Virus record (IMG/VR): IMGVR_UViG_3300006921_000001 | Strand: one strand, 5' to 3' | DNA: 64,000 bases | From: an uncultured virus (IMG/VR IMGVR_UViG_3300006921_000001) | Lineage: Duplodnaviria; Heunggongvirae; Uroviricota; Caudoviricetes | Part shown: positions 48,253 to 57,019 of the stretch, piece after piece | How positions within the stretch are numbered: the stretch's first letter is position 1 | How the letters are laid out: the number at the start of each line of letters is the position of its first letter | Notes under the pieces: generated by a model | Databases searched by the model: none | What the model was told of the DNA's origin: nothing | Seen by the model: the letters and a program-made list of their open reading frames with translations, nothing else | Position numbers and translations under genes: made by a program

Positions 48253-48476
48253 AGAGGGTCTTCAACTCCCGGCATTCCTAATACCCACTGTAACGATTTA
48301 ACTACACCACGTAAAGCATTGTAATTTCTAACGGCTTCAGCAATATCGGCTCTAGGGTATTGGTTATCCGGGTTGGTCTTATTATGCTCACGCATTTCAT
48401 TAGCCCAAAGTTCCCATTCACCTCTTAATCGTTTTGCTTCTGTCATCATTTCTCTAACTTGTCTAGTATCTTTCAT
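48246..48476 (-). CDS. hypothetical protein
   Basis: GAGGA RBS, helical 76 aa. Confidence 0.65.
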   Translation of the reverse strand: MKDTRQVREMMTEAKRLRGEWELWANEMREHNKTNPDNQYPRADIAEAVRNYNALRGVVKSLQWVLGMPGVEDPLW

Positions 48477-48477
48477 T

Positions 48478-48738
48478 TTAATTCCTCATCATGGTTAAGT
48501 ATTCATTAAACGGTATATCTTTTTCGTCTGATGCCATGTCATTTCTAAGCATATCACAGTATACTATCAGTTCTGAAAATGTAACTAATGATTCTAGTTC
48601 CTCGGTTTCTAGTATTTCACATAGTTTATTTTCTAATATTCTACAATGATTACAAATTGGTATTCCTTGTATTCTTGATTTAGTGCCTTCACCACTTGCA
48701 TTACACAAGTTACACATGTTACTCTTCCTCCAATTCAA
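48478..48738 (-). CDS. Zn-finger protein
   Basis: CNLC..CNHC; start probably at the internal MCNLC. Confidence 0.6.
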   Translation of the reverse strand: MNWRKSNMCNLCNASGEGTKSRIQGIPICNHCRILENKLCEILETEELESLVTFSELIVYCDMLRNDMASDEKDIPFNEYLTMMRN

Positions 48739-48949
48739 GTAGGTCGGCCGTCTGTTCGTCTAATATCATTTGCTGAATTAGTGTATCAATAATAGTCATC
48801 TGCCCTAGTATAAATGCTATTTTCTCTTCTGTTGTTTCTATCTTAAGGTCTCTGTGTCTCATGTATTCTTCCATAGAAGAACACCCCACAATGTTCAATA
48901 ACTGTCTCAATTCATTCTGTAGTGGTTGTACAAATTCTAGTAAATTCAT
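48719..48949 (-). CDS. hypothetical protein
   Basis: ATGA-coupled ORF. Confidence 0.6.
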   Translation of the reverse strand: MNLLEFVQPLQNELRQLLNIVGCSSMEEYMRHRDLKIETTEEKIAFILGQMTIIDTLIQQMILDEQTADLLELEEE

Positions 48950-49698
48950 GTTCTTAGCCTCGGTGCTCTTAGTATCATAACATCATCTGTCTTAAACAAA
49001 ATTGGGTTGCGGGTATTAGTAGCAATAGTTAAGTTACCTTTTAGGAACCTATGGAACGGTCCCGTATATTCAACTACAGCATCTTCACTTACCGCTTCCG
49101 AAAGTGTTATCCTTTCTTGGTAGTTTTCATTATTGTCTTCTGATGAAATAATAAGGTGTGTATCTTTAACGTTAATATGATAGATACCACTACCAACCTG
49201 TTCGCACATCTTAAGTGCATTACTAAAAGACGCACTACTAGTTTTAATTACTGAACGAAGTGTTGTCCGTTCACTAATACTAATACCGTCTTCGCTTTCT
49301 ATATCACCGCTAAGGTTTTTCCTACTCCTAAGAATAGTGTCAGCATTTGGGTGACGTGTTAATACGGGGAAAGATGATGTAGTCCCTGTATTTTTATCCA
49401 TATAGAATTTATTATCCTTTACAGATATTTTAATTGAGCCGCTATTACGCATATACTTTATCGCAACAGACGCGTCAATTACTACATTACTTATCGCTTC
49501 AATGTTTGCTGCTGTAATACTGGTCCAAATAAAGGTAGTATTATCTGCATTAGCAAGATGAAGTTTGGTTCCTTCCGTCCATATCATAATTTCATTTCCT
49601 AAATAACTGGTTTTAATAGATGGACCAATAGCCCATTTACCTTTACAAACTACAGTTTCTATCGCTCTTTTCAAATCTTTACAATCTACTGTCGTCAT
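48946..49698 (-). CDS. probable PCNA-like sliding clamp
   Basis: About 250 aa from ATG 49698 (AGGTGA RBS); clamp-like alpha/beta pattern, C-terminal ILRAPR; PolB carries a PIP box. Confidence 0.65.
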   Translation of the reverse strand: MTTVDCKDLKRAIETVVCKGKWAIGPSIKTSYLGNEIMIWTEGTKLHLANADNTTFIWTSITAANIEAISNVVIDASVAIKYMRNSGSIKISVKDNKFYMDKNTGTTSSFPVLTRHPNADTILRSRKNLSGDIESEDGISISERTTLRSVIKTSSASFSNALKMCEQVGSGIYHINVKDTHLIISSEDNNENYQERITLSEAVSEDAVVEYTGPFHRFLKGNLTIATNTRNPILFKTDDVMILRAPRLRT

Positions 49699-49748
49699 AT
49701 TATCACCTAAAGTGAAGCAGTTTAGTGACTTGCTTAGGTCTGTACAAA

Positions 49749-50666
49749 TCAAAGAGTTCCGTCTTTAATCTGTGGAAGGCCGTGCCATGTGACTTTACCG
49801 CCTTCATTTTCCATAATTAGGAATTTCTGTCCTAGGTTTTCTGCATTTGTCTTTGACTTCTTTACTGTAGCATATAACTTTAATGACTTACCGCGTTCTT
49901 CACGACTCATCTCTATATACTGAAACAGTTTTGCAGTTGTTGACTTCTCCCAATCTGGCTTAGTTCCTACAATTTCAAACCCATCATGAACTTCTTTCAT
50001 ATGTGTAATGAAGAACTTATGACATTTAAGTTGTAGGGCTGCTTGAAATAGACGCTTATACATAGCATTTCTAGCATACCATTGGGTAGGAACCATCTTG
50101 ACTTTATCAGCCTGTCTTGGGTCACCACCCTTAATATGATTAAGTCGTGCAATCATATTTGTTGTATCTAACCATGAATCGAGTCCATCAAAGATAATAG
50201 CCTTAACCGCTTCTACCTCAACAACTTCATCCTCATATTCAATCTTTCCTGTTTCAATTGCTTCATTAACCATAGCCATAAAGAAGCGTGACATATCTGC
50301 CGTCTTCTCATAATCTACAGTCATATCCTCATTATATACATAAGGATTAAAGATAACAACCTTTTCGTCTGAACTCCAATGTTGTCGCCATGTTGGTTCA
50401 GCACCTTCATCGTAATCTAATACGAATATCCAATGTGAATCTAATTCATCATCAGAACGACAATCAAGACATGTGCCTGTTTTGCCGTCACCGGGATTAC
50501 CACTAACTCCACAAACAAGGAATGCTTGTTCTTGTTCTAGAAGATTTTTACGTTGACTCATGGCTCGCATCTTTGCTACCTTGAACGCACTATCTCCTAG
50601 ATTTTCATTAGCCTTAGTTAAAACAGAACCTGCTGCCTTACCTGATTTACTCCCAATACCCATCAA
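49749..50666 (-). CDS. RecA-fold ATPase (RadA/Sak4-like recombinase)
   Basis: Walker A GNPGDGKT, LDYDEG, Walker B IIFDGLDS, FITH, KSK. Confidence 0.8.
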   Translation of the reverse strand: MMGIGSKSGKAAGSVLTKANENLGDSAFKVAKMRAMSQRKNLLEQEQAFLVCGVSGNPGDGKTGTCLDCRSDDELDSHWIFVLDYDEGAEPTWRQHWSSDEKVVIFNPYVYNEDMTVDYEKTADMSRFFMAMVNEAIETGKIEYEDEVVEVEAVKAIIFDGLDSWLDTTNMIARLNHIKGGDPRQADKVKMVPTQWYARNAMYKRLFQAALQLKCHKFFITHMKEVHDGFEIVGTKPDWEKSTTAKLFQYIEMSREERGKSLKLYATVKKSKTNAENLGQKFLIMENEGGKVTWHGLPQIKDGTL

Positions 50667-50863
50667 TTCACCACCTTATGATGTGTAGCGTATTGTTCCT
50701 TAATTGAATTAAGGTCCTTTTCACTAACCTGACGGGTATACATTTTTCCACTTGTTGTGTGTAGTCGAAGTGAGTATTGGCCTTTATCGTCCTCTAACTC
50801 CTTCCACTCTAAACTTTCCACCTTTCCAAAATCAACTACTAACTGATTTAATTTTACAATCAT
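50663..50863 (-). CDS. small hypothetical protein
   Basis: AAGGTGA RBS before ATG 50863. Confidence 0.65.
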   Translation of the reverse strand: MIVKLNQLVVDFGKVESLEWKELEDDKGQYSLRLHTTSGKMYTRQVSEKDLNSIKEQYATHHKVVN

Positions 50864-50877
50864 TTGTTTCACCTTTT

Positions 50878-50974
50878 AATGGTTGGGCTTCGCACCCATT
50901 TGACCGTCATTTGCCTACGGTTACACATACTAACATAAAGTTTCCATCTCCTATTGTATATTTCCCTTTAGGGA
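50878..50974 (-). ncRNA. candidate structured intergenic RNA
   Basis: Three hairpins in about 100 nt, including UGGG-UGCGAAG-CCCA T-loop-like arm. Confidence 0.4.
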
Positions 50975-52240
50975 TTACCAATATTCAATACTGTTTTCTT
51001 CATCGCTAGATTCAGGGGCTTCTGGATTACCCAAAGCCACTCGCGGCAATACCCCATAAAGATTAATTGAAACTGGGTTCCATTCATCTTCTAGTGCATT
51101 TCCATTATCATCCTTCTTTTGTGTTTGATTTGTTCGACCAATAATAATTACGTCTGAACCAACTCCAAAGTCAATGTTTAGATACGAAGGAACCCAAATG
51201 GGTGTAGATTCAGGAACATCATCAGATTCAAAACCATAGTTTGCTTCTGCTGATTCAATCCACATTGTCCTATTTCCTGTACGTTCATTTGGAGTAAGGT
51301 TCATACTACTAATAATACCATCAGTAATTACCAACTTCATGCCCGGTTCATTACGAATAGAATCATGGTAGTCCTCAATTTCTAATAGGTCAGCAATATA
51401 TCCGCCCATGTTTTCTACAAGAAGGTCTTCCATTAATAGACCATCTGTATTAACATATTCATCTCCATCGGGGTCCATTACATCATTATATGTTAGGGAC
51501 TCAAGAGTTTTACCACGAATACCATATACTGCATTTCGTTCTTCATTAAACAATCCGAATAGGTGAACCCATCGGAATGTATCACAAGCGAAGTTCTTAG
51601 CAGCATCATTCTTTAGACCTAGAGTCCAATACTGGAAATCACCATCTTCCTTTCGACCAACGAAATGCGCTCTTAGCCTATATTCTTCTGCTGGTAGTGG
51701 CTTACCATATCGAGGGTTTACATCTCCACTACCAAATGTCTTGATATTATCAAGTGGGACAATCCACTTAGAATCACCTTCTGTCCCAACTTCCATAGCG
51801 GAATTAGGGACTTCGGGGATATTCTTTGTATCAACATCACCATTTACGATTTGTGACTTTTCAAATACACCAGCAGATACTTCTGTAATTTCAGCAATAT
51901 CTCCTGCGTTGAAAACCTCACTAGGGTTTGCATTATATCGAGACATAATATTACGTCGTCGCCAATCTTGCACATCCCTTGCTTGTTCAACACCAACTAG
52001 GAAACCAAAACCTTGATTCCCAAAGGTGCTTTTACTACTAGATGACTTAGAGCGTAAAGCCCCACGAACAAAATTACGCGTTAATGTTAGCGCAATCATG
52101 CCGGAGCGAGGCTGCTCCATATCTAGGTTGTTCTGTGTAGCAATTTCATTATACTTTGCTACAATTTGTTCTTCATTCATACTAACTCTGTTACCTAATG
52201 CTTTCAATTCTTCTAATACTCGTTCTTGCATTGCATTCAC
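50975..52240 (-). CDS. probable RPA/SSB-like single-stranded DNA-binding protein
   Basis: OB-fold-like C-terminal strands (FGVGSDVIIIGRT), acidic tail ending in aromatic residues (EENSIEYW), next to recombinase; start GTG 52240 or ATG 52231. Confidence 0.65.
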   Translation of the reverse strand: MNAMQERVLEELKALGNRVSMNEEQIVAKYNEIATQNNLDMEQPRSGMIALTLTRNFVRGALRSKSSSSKSTFGNQGFGFLVGVEQARDVQDWRRRNIMSRYNANPSEVFNAGDIAEITEVSAGVFEKSQIVNGDVDTKNIPEVPNSAMEVGTEGDSKWIVPLDNIKTFGSGDVNPRYGKPLPAEEYRLRAHFVGRKEDGDFQYWTLGLKNDAAKNFACDTFRWVHLFGLFNEERNAVYGIRGKTLESLTYNDVMDPDGDEYVNTDGLLMEDLLVENMGGYIADLLEIEDYHDSIRNEPGMKLVITDGIISSMNLTPNERTGNRTMWIESAEANYGFESDDVPESTPIWVPSYLNIDFGVGSDVIIIGRTNQTQKKDDNGNALEDEWNPVSINLYGVLPRVALGNPEAPESSDEENSIEYW

Positions 52241-52304
52241 TTCCGTTTTTTTCTACTTAAGTCAAAGACCCTTGATGGGCCTCTGTCCACTGTTTTCTTA
52301 ACGA

Positions 52305-52329
52305 TGAGAGGGTATATGAACCCCTCTCA
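52305..52329. repeat. inverted repeat TGAGAGGG-N9-CCCTCTCA upstream of SSB gene
   Basis: Perfect 8-bp arms; minus-strand loop contains TTCATATA. Confidence 0.65.
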
Positions 52330-52363
52330 ACTATATACCTATCATTTTGTAGACATACTGGTT

Positions 52364-52606
52364 TTATTCTTCCTCAGTATGCAAACGATAGATGATACCA
52401 TACCTACTTTTACGAATCGCTTCGTATTTCTTTTGTGCTTTAAGGTAGTGGCAAATCTTCCGATGTTCGGGAACATAGATGGTTGATTTGTTACCTGTAT
52501 CAAACCATCTATTCATTATTTCATCAAGAACCTGTCTTGCTGTTCTTTCTCTTCCATCTTCCATAACCATGTCTATATATCGTTCTGAATGCTGTCGTCT
52601 TCCCAC
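52364..52606 (-). CDS. small basic protein, possible winged helix
   Basis: RTARQVLDEIM..PEHRKICHYLK..IIYRL pattern; GGAGG RBS. Confidence 0.55.
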   Translation of the reverse strand: MGRRQHSERYIDMVMEDGRERTARQVLDEIMNRWFDTGNKSTIYVPEHRKICHYLKAQKKYEAIRKSRYGIIYRLHTEEE

Positions 52607-52761
52607 GACAAGCCCTCCTTAATATAAACTTCTTTAGGTGTTAAATTATCATTATAGTAATCTCTTAACACTTTATATCTAATTTTATTTTCTCTCTTTT
52701 TGGGAATATAACCTATCCATTTATTAAATGAATAACCACACCCCTTTCTTATTTCATCCAT
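52573..52761 (-). CDS. small basic hypothetical protein
   Basis: AGGAG RBS before ATG 52761. Confidence 0.5.
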   Translation of the reverse strand: MDEIRKGCGYSFNKWIGYIPKKRENKIRYKVLRDYYNDNLTPKEVYIKEGLSWEDDSIQNDI

Positions 52762-52779
52762 TGAATGTTCTCCTAGTAA

Positions 52780-52833
52780 GTGGGAGAGAGATACGATACA
52801 CAATAACCACTTTTATCGTTTCTCTCTGCCCAC
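52780..52833. repeat. long imperfect inverted repeat/hairpin
   Basis: Minus strand GTGGG-C-AGAGAGA-A-ACGATA ... TATCGT-A-TCTCTCT-CCCAC (18 bp). Confidence 0.7.
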
Positions 52834-52872
52834 AAAATAATAATAACTCATTATTAATATAGTTATTGTTAA

Positions 52873-53271
52873 TCATACTTCTTTAGCATCACGAATCATC
52901 CACTTAAGGTCTTCAATACCTTCGGCTGTTTTGTGAGCATCTTCCTTAACTTCAGTTAAGAAATTCTTCAATAATACCCAATGGTGTTCATTACCCTTTG
53001 GGAAAACGTCAGGGATTTCTTCCCAAAGTTCTATTAGATTAAACAATGACTCTCTCTTAGTTATAGCCAACACAGTTCCAGTGTTAGCGTTTTGAATACC
53101 ACATTCAATTTCATACTGAGCGAGAGTATTCTGTAATTGGTTTAAGAATTCATTTCTTCCTCTTAGAAGAACTTGAGTTCTAATAACCGTTTTATTCTCT
53201 TCACCGTATATAGCGGTAAAGGGCTTTCCTAAACACATAAATATTCCTTTTAATTCATCTTTTGTATACAT
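52873..53271 (-). CDS. degenerate LAGLIDADG-fold protein
   Basis: LKGIFMCLG in place of LAGLIDADG; FLNQLQNTL, AITKRESL, HKTAEGIEDL resemble downstream LAGLIDADG motifs. Confidence 0.55.
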   Translation of the reverse strand: MYTKDELKGIFMCLGKPFTAIYGEENKTVIRTQVLLRGRNEFLNQLQNTLAQYEIECGIQNANTGTVLAITKRESLFNLIELWEEIPDVFPKGNEHHWVLLKNFLTEVKEDAHKTAEGIEDLKWMIRDAKEV

Positions 53272-53508
53272 TTATACACCGCCGTAATTTTCGGCTTGTT
53301 CATCTACATGGTCATGGTATTTTTCATGACCTAGTAGAAATAGTCCTGCATCTTTTTTATTACCAATAAAGGCTTCTAAGCATATGGGGCAGGTTACTTT
53401 AACCATTTCTGCTTCGAAAAATATACCTATATCAGTGGCATAAGTAATGATATCGCCTTCAACAAAAATGTTTCTTGGCGCGTAGTCCTCCCACATATCA
53501 TCGTCCAT
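53272..53508 (-). CDS. C2H2-type Zn-finger protein
   Basis: CPIC..GHEKYH; TTTATAA at 53543-53537 upstream. Confidence 0.65.
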   Translation of the reverse strand: MDDDMWEDYAPRNIFVEGDIITYATDIGIFFEAEMVKVTCPICLEAFIGNKKDAGLFLLGHEKYHDHVDEQAENYGGV

Positions 53509-53548
53509 ATCTAAATATACTACTTGGTAAGGTTAATTATAAATCCTC

Positions 53549-53707
53549 TTATCGTTCATAGTTACCGACACCAAGATGAAACATATAATAATCTAAGGCT
53601 CTGTATACACAATCATAACAGTATGAGATGCCGTCACCCCGCATATTATGAATCATGCTTTCACCTACTTGGTTACATATTTTACATTTACCTTGTATAT
53701 TGCTCAT
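53549..53707 (-). CDS. Cys4 Zn-finger small protein
   Basis: ATGA start 53707; CKIC..CYDC. Confidence 0.65.
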   Translation of the reverse strand: MSNIQGKCKICNQVGESMIHNMRGDGISYCYDCVYRALDYYMFHLGVGNYER

Positions 53708-53904
53708 TCCTCTTCCCCAAATAGTTCCCAATGTCGTAATGTATTTTCATTAAGAGTGAACATACTTCCGTCATCTTTGTATTTAAGTTTGTATATACTC
53801 ATAGGTTGCCCTCGCATATATATCCAAGAATGTAATATAACTTGAGCAATTCTTCCTGTATGTGTATTTTGTATAATATCACTTATCTTTAAGTTCTTCA
53901 ACAT
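53704..53904 (-). CDS. hypothetical protein (SH3-like beta pattern)
   Basis: ORF tiling operon, ends GEEE. Confidence 0.55.
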   Translation of the reverse strand: MLKNLKISDIIQNTHTGRIAQVILHSWIYMRGQPMSIYKLKYKDDGSMFTLNENTLRHWELFGEEE

Positions 53905-54115
53905 CTTCTAGTCCCCAGTGTTTCTTTAACATGTCTCCTGTATTTGTATTCCACCATCCGGGGTGTTGTAAATACCATCTGATATTTTCTTGCTTAATTT
54001 TTTCTTGCTGCTTGGCAACATATTCTTTATTCTCTTTTGTAATTTTTGGCTTGTTAAATTTAATGTCTTTGGGTATCATTTTAAACCACTCCCATATTTT
54101 TATTGCTAATAGCAA
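53879..54115 (-). CDS. hypothetical protein
   Basis: ORF tiling operon; start probably at internal MIPKD. Confidence 0.5.
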   Translation of the reverse strand: MLLAIKIWEWFKMIPKDIKFNKPKITKENKEYVAKQQEKIKQENIRWYLQHPGWWNTNTGDMLKKHWGLEDVEELKDK

Positions 54116-55618
54116 TTATCCAATCAACTCCTTAACTGACTTGAACTCACTAGGCACATCTTTATCGGTGCGGAGCCTAATAAACCTCGGGAATCTAAGT
54201 CCTATATTTCCATCTTGGTCTTGAGTTACAATATCAGCATGCACTTCCATTATAGTGACTGGGTTATCATTATGATATTCATGAACCATTTCTAAATCCA
54301 AATCAGTGAAACCAGTTCCCACGGAACCCACTGGTGTAAGTTGCCCATCAATTTTAACACCTATAAGATATGAACCGTAAAGTCCGGCCCTTTTACCTGA
54401 ACCCATTGTAGCATCAATTATTTCACAATCCAAATCTACTAGAGCAGGCTTGTGTTTTAACCATGAACGCTTACCCGGTTCATATACTTGGTTAGCCCCT
54501 TTAAGGACTAAACCTTCATAGCCAGCCTTGATTGCTTTATCGTAGGCGGCTCGGATTTCCTCTTCACCATTAACGATTTCAGTATCTGTAATGTTGACAT
54601 TTGGAAAGTGCATACGGATAGTATCTAGTCGATTACCATATCCAAAACTATACGTGTCTTGCTTATTGAAGGTGAGAATATCAAATATGATTGCCTTAAC
54701 CGCTACACGGTTACGCACCTCTGGTGTCTTACCATGAATACGTGGCATAATCTCCTTGAACTCAAGAACATCTCCTTGCTCATTAACAGGAACAATTTCA
54801 CCATCTAGGATAAACTCATCATATTGTTCACCCCAAGATTCAACATCAAGGTCTGCGAACTTCTCTGTAATATCTACACCCTTGCGGTTAAAGATACATA
54901 CATGACCGTTTTCATCCCTATGAAACTGAGCACGAATACCATCATACTTAACATCAGCATAAAAAGTCCCTCGCAGGTTCTTTGCTGTTTTTGCTAGTTG
55001 TGGTTTAACGTAACTGCCCGGCTCTGGAACCAATAGTTCTCCTACACCATTACCTTGACACACTTCATCAATAATAATATTTAGATTATTAAACTTAAGT
55101 GCCGTCTTAAAATCTCCTGATGGGATAAGATACTTCTTTTGCAGGGATTTTTTAGTTACATTATCACCTGCACCGTTTCTCTTTTGGTTTATTACAACTG
55201 CTGTATACCACTTCTTTTCTAGTTTACCCATATTACTGAAACGTTCCATGAATAGTTGCCTAGCGGTAACTATATCTTCTGCAATAGAAAGTGGGTGAAA
55301 CGCATCATATAAACAATAGTCAATAGAATCACCGGCATCAGTTCCAAACTCTTCAAGTAGTTCGGGAACTCCACCAAAATCATCTACTAAATCCTGTAGG
55401 CCTTCATCATCTAATCCTAGATGTGTAGCAATATGTGGTAAAAGGTTCTTTGCTCCTAAACCCACATTACTAAACTTATCTGTTAGTGTGTGGTAGAACA
55501 TAGACCAGTCCTTTGATAAATCATTATCAGCAACAATACTGTTAATAATTTGTGTTGGGGTCATATCGAGATATGATTCCATCTTTTGTGCAAAATCACT
55601 CATCAACATTTGTTTCAT
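54116..55618 (-). CDS. lig: ATP-dependent DNA ligase (replication arm)
   Basis: KPQLA, KYDGIR, ILDGEIV, IFDIL, YEGLVLK, WLKHK, VGTGF, LRFPRF. Confidence 0.95.
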   Translation of the reverse strand: MKQMLMSDFAQKMESYLDMTPTQIINSIVADNDLSKDWSMFYHTLTDKFSNVGLGAKNLLPHIATHLGLDDEGLQDLVDDFGGVPELLEEFGTDAGDSIDYCLYDAFHPLSIAEDIVTARQLFMERFSNMGKLEKKWYTAVVINQKRNGAGDNVTKKSLQKKYLIPSGDFKTALKFNNLNIIIDEVCQGNGVGELLVPEPGSYVKPQLAKTAKNLRGTFYADVKYDGIRAQFHRDENGHVCIFNRKGVDITEKFADLDVESWGEQYDEFILDGEIVPVNEQGDVLEFKEIMPRIHGKTPEVRNRVAVKAIIFDILTFNKQDTYSFGYGNRLDTIRMHFPNVNITDTEIVNGEEEIRAAYDKAIKAGYEGLVLKGANQVYEPGKRSWLKHKPALVDLDCEIIDATMGSGKRAGLYGSYLIGVKIDGQLTPVGSVGTGFTDLDLEMVHEYHNDNPVTIMEVHADIVTQDQDGNIGLRFPRFIRLRTDKDVPSEFKSVKELIG

Positions 55619-55841
55619 CCCCCATAGTTTTTAGGGCATCATTATAGTATACCCATGCTAAACTAACATGGTTTGCAGTTATTCTTTCACTGTCTGTTTT
55701 AGTATAATTTAATATACTTTTAATAAATTCTTCCATAAATTCTTGTGTGCGATGAGCAATTGCTTCTCGCGCTTCTGCCTTAAACTGCCTATCGGGAATA
55801 CACCCGGCAATAATTCTCTTTACTTCTCTTTCGCTAACCAT
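55596..55841 (-). CDS. histone-fold protein
   Basis: VKRII..RQFKAEAREAI..(long helix)..SERITANHVSLA matches helix1-L1-helix2-L2-helix3 of archaeal histones. Confidence 0.65.
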   Translation of the reverse strand: MVSEREVKRIIAGCIPDRQFKAEAREAIAHRTQEFMEEFIKSILNYTKTDSERITANHVSLAWVYYNDALKTMGDETNVDE

Positions 55842-56206
55842 TTTTCCATCTCCTTTTTGTTATAAAAATACTTTAATATTTTATTGTTTAAATCTGTAAT
55901 AATAAATACTACTCCCATTATGCTATTTACAGAAATCACTTGCTTTTGCCCCTGAACCTTGTAGGTTTCTACCGTTGGTGTAATACCATACAGCCGACTA
56001 CTTTCAAATGATACCCGTTGAGCATTGTCTTTTATCCATTTAATGATATGAGGTTCTTGAACCTCGACCCACATAGGACCATCAAGTTCCAATTCTCCGG
56101 TAAGATTGCATACATTACATTCTTTACCATCACAGATTGGGCACTTGATACTTAAGACGTTAACTGGGAATCTAATAGTATTTACTCTTCCTCTATGTCC
56201 AGACAT
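55820..56206 (-). CDS. protein with DnaJ-like Zn ribbon
   Basis: CPICDGKECNVCNLTG. Confidence 0.65.
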   Translation of the reverse strand: MSGHRGRVNTIRFPVNVLSIKCPICDGKECNVCNLTGELELDGPMWVEVQEPHIIKWIKDNAQRVSFESSRLYGITPTVETYKVQGQKQVISVNSIMGVVFIITDLNNKILKYFYNKKEMEKWLAKEK

Positions 56207-56649
56207 ATTGCTTCCGTCCTGTATAGCATATCTCCTTCACTTTGATTGTTTTCCCATCTCATAGATTGCTTATCACCTAAGACAATTGCTTCCATAAGAA
56301 TAGGTCTTTGTGTATTGATTGTTCTCCAATCCGTTCCACTAAAATATGCTTGCCCGAAAGGATGTGTATGAATCCAACACTTGATTGGAATCCTCATACC
56401 TGCTACATTTTCATCTGTGTAATCGACAAATACCCCTGTCCCTTTACTAATATACAACTTATTATTACCATCTACTATTACACTTACCTCTAATCCCGGT
56501 AAGACCTTTGTTGATACGTACCATATTTCATCTAAGAACCGTTGGTTATATTGTGTTTGTCCATATTGGTTAAACACCTTAACAATAACTTGCTTCCAGT
56601 GTTCCCATTCTTTGTTCGTAATTTCTTTCTTTTGTTCATTGAGTTGCAT
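56182..56649 (-). CDS. JAB/MPN+ metallo-isopeptidase
   Basis: LEVS (catalytic E) ... WIHTHPFGQAYFSGTD (HxH-x7-S-x2-D). Confidence 0.9.
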   Translation of the reverse strand: MQLNEQKKEITNKEWEHWKQVIVKVFNQYGQTQYNQRFLDEIWYVSTKVLPGLEVSVIVDGNNKLYISKGTGVFVDYTDENVAGMRIPIKCWIHTHPFGQAYFSGTDWRTINTQRPILMEAIVLGDKQSMRWENNQSEGDMLYRTEAICLDIEEE

Positions 56650-56745
56650 TTAATCACTCCTATATTTTTTACAGTGGGGACAATTATCCTCACTTTTATT
56701 TTGGGCTAATCCATATCCACATTTAGTGCAATTTTTCTTAGCCAT
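56650..56745 (-). CDS. Cys4 Zn-finger microprotein (31 aa), absent from ORF track
   Basis: MAKKNCTKCGYGLAQNKSEDNCPHCKKYRSD; TAATG-coupled. Confidence 0.75.
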   Translation of the reverse strand: MAKKNCTKCGYGLAQNKSEDNCPHCKKYRSD

Positions 56746-56900
56746 TATTCTTCCTCTCCTTCAAAAACAAATCCAAAGGACTCTAATTGTGTTTGGGACC
56801 AATCATGAGAACCAAACAGTAAATCCCATACCTTATCTAATAGTTCATCATTTTTATCATGAGTTGCCCTAATAATACAGTTAAGAATCTTAACTGACAT
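56745..56900 (-). CDS. small hypothetical protein
   Basis: GAGGT RBS before ATG 56900 (MSVKILNC...), ends GEEE. Confidence 0.6.
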   Translation of the reverse strand: MSVKILNCIIRATHDKNDELLDKVWDLLFGSHDWSQTQLESFGFVFEGEEE

Positions 56901-56901
56901 T

Positions 56902-57015
56902 TCATACCTCTTGTTCAAAGGTTCCACCTCCACAGTTACTACATTCGTGTTCACTAGTGGTTAAATCTAAATGTAGGTAAAACCCACATACTCCGCATTG
57001 TTTTTCATCTTCCAT
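56902..57015 (-). CDS. Cys4 Zn-ribbon microprotein (37 aa), absent from ORF track
   Basis: MEDEKQCGVCGFYLHLDLTTSEHECSNCGGGTFEQEV; GGGTGA RBS. Confidence 0.75.
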   Translation of the reverse strand: MEDEKQCGVCGFYLHLDLTTSEHECSNCGGGTFEQEV

Positions 57016-57019
57016 GTTA

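Noticed and set aside
50878..50925. tRNA gene
   Set aside because: Only a T-arm-like hairpin; no acceptor stem or full cloverleaf found
53272..53508. Ubiquitin-like protein because it ends YGGV
   Set aside because: Sequence is a C2H2 Zn finger, not beta-grasp; a JAB-exposed GG cannot be excluded but has no support
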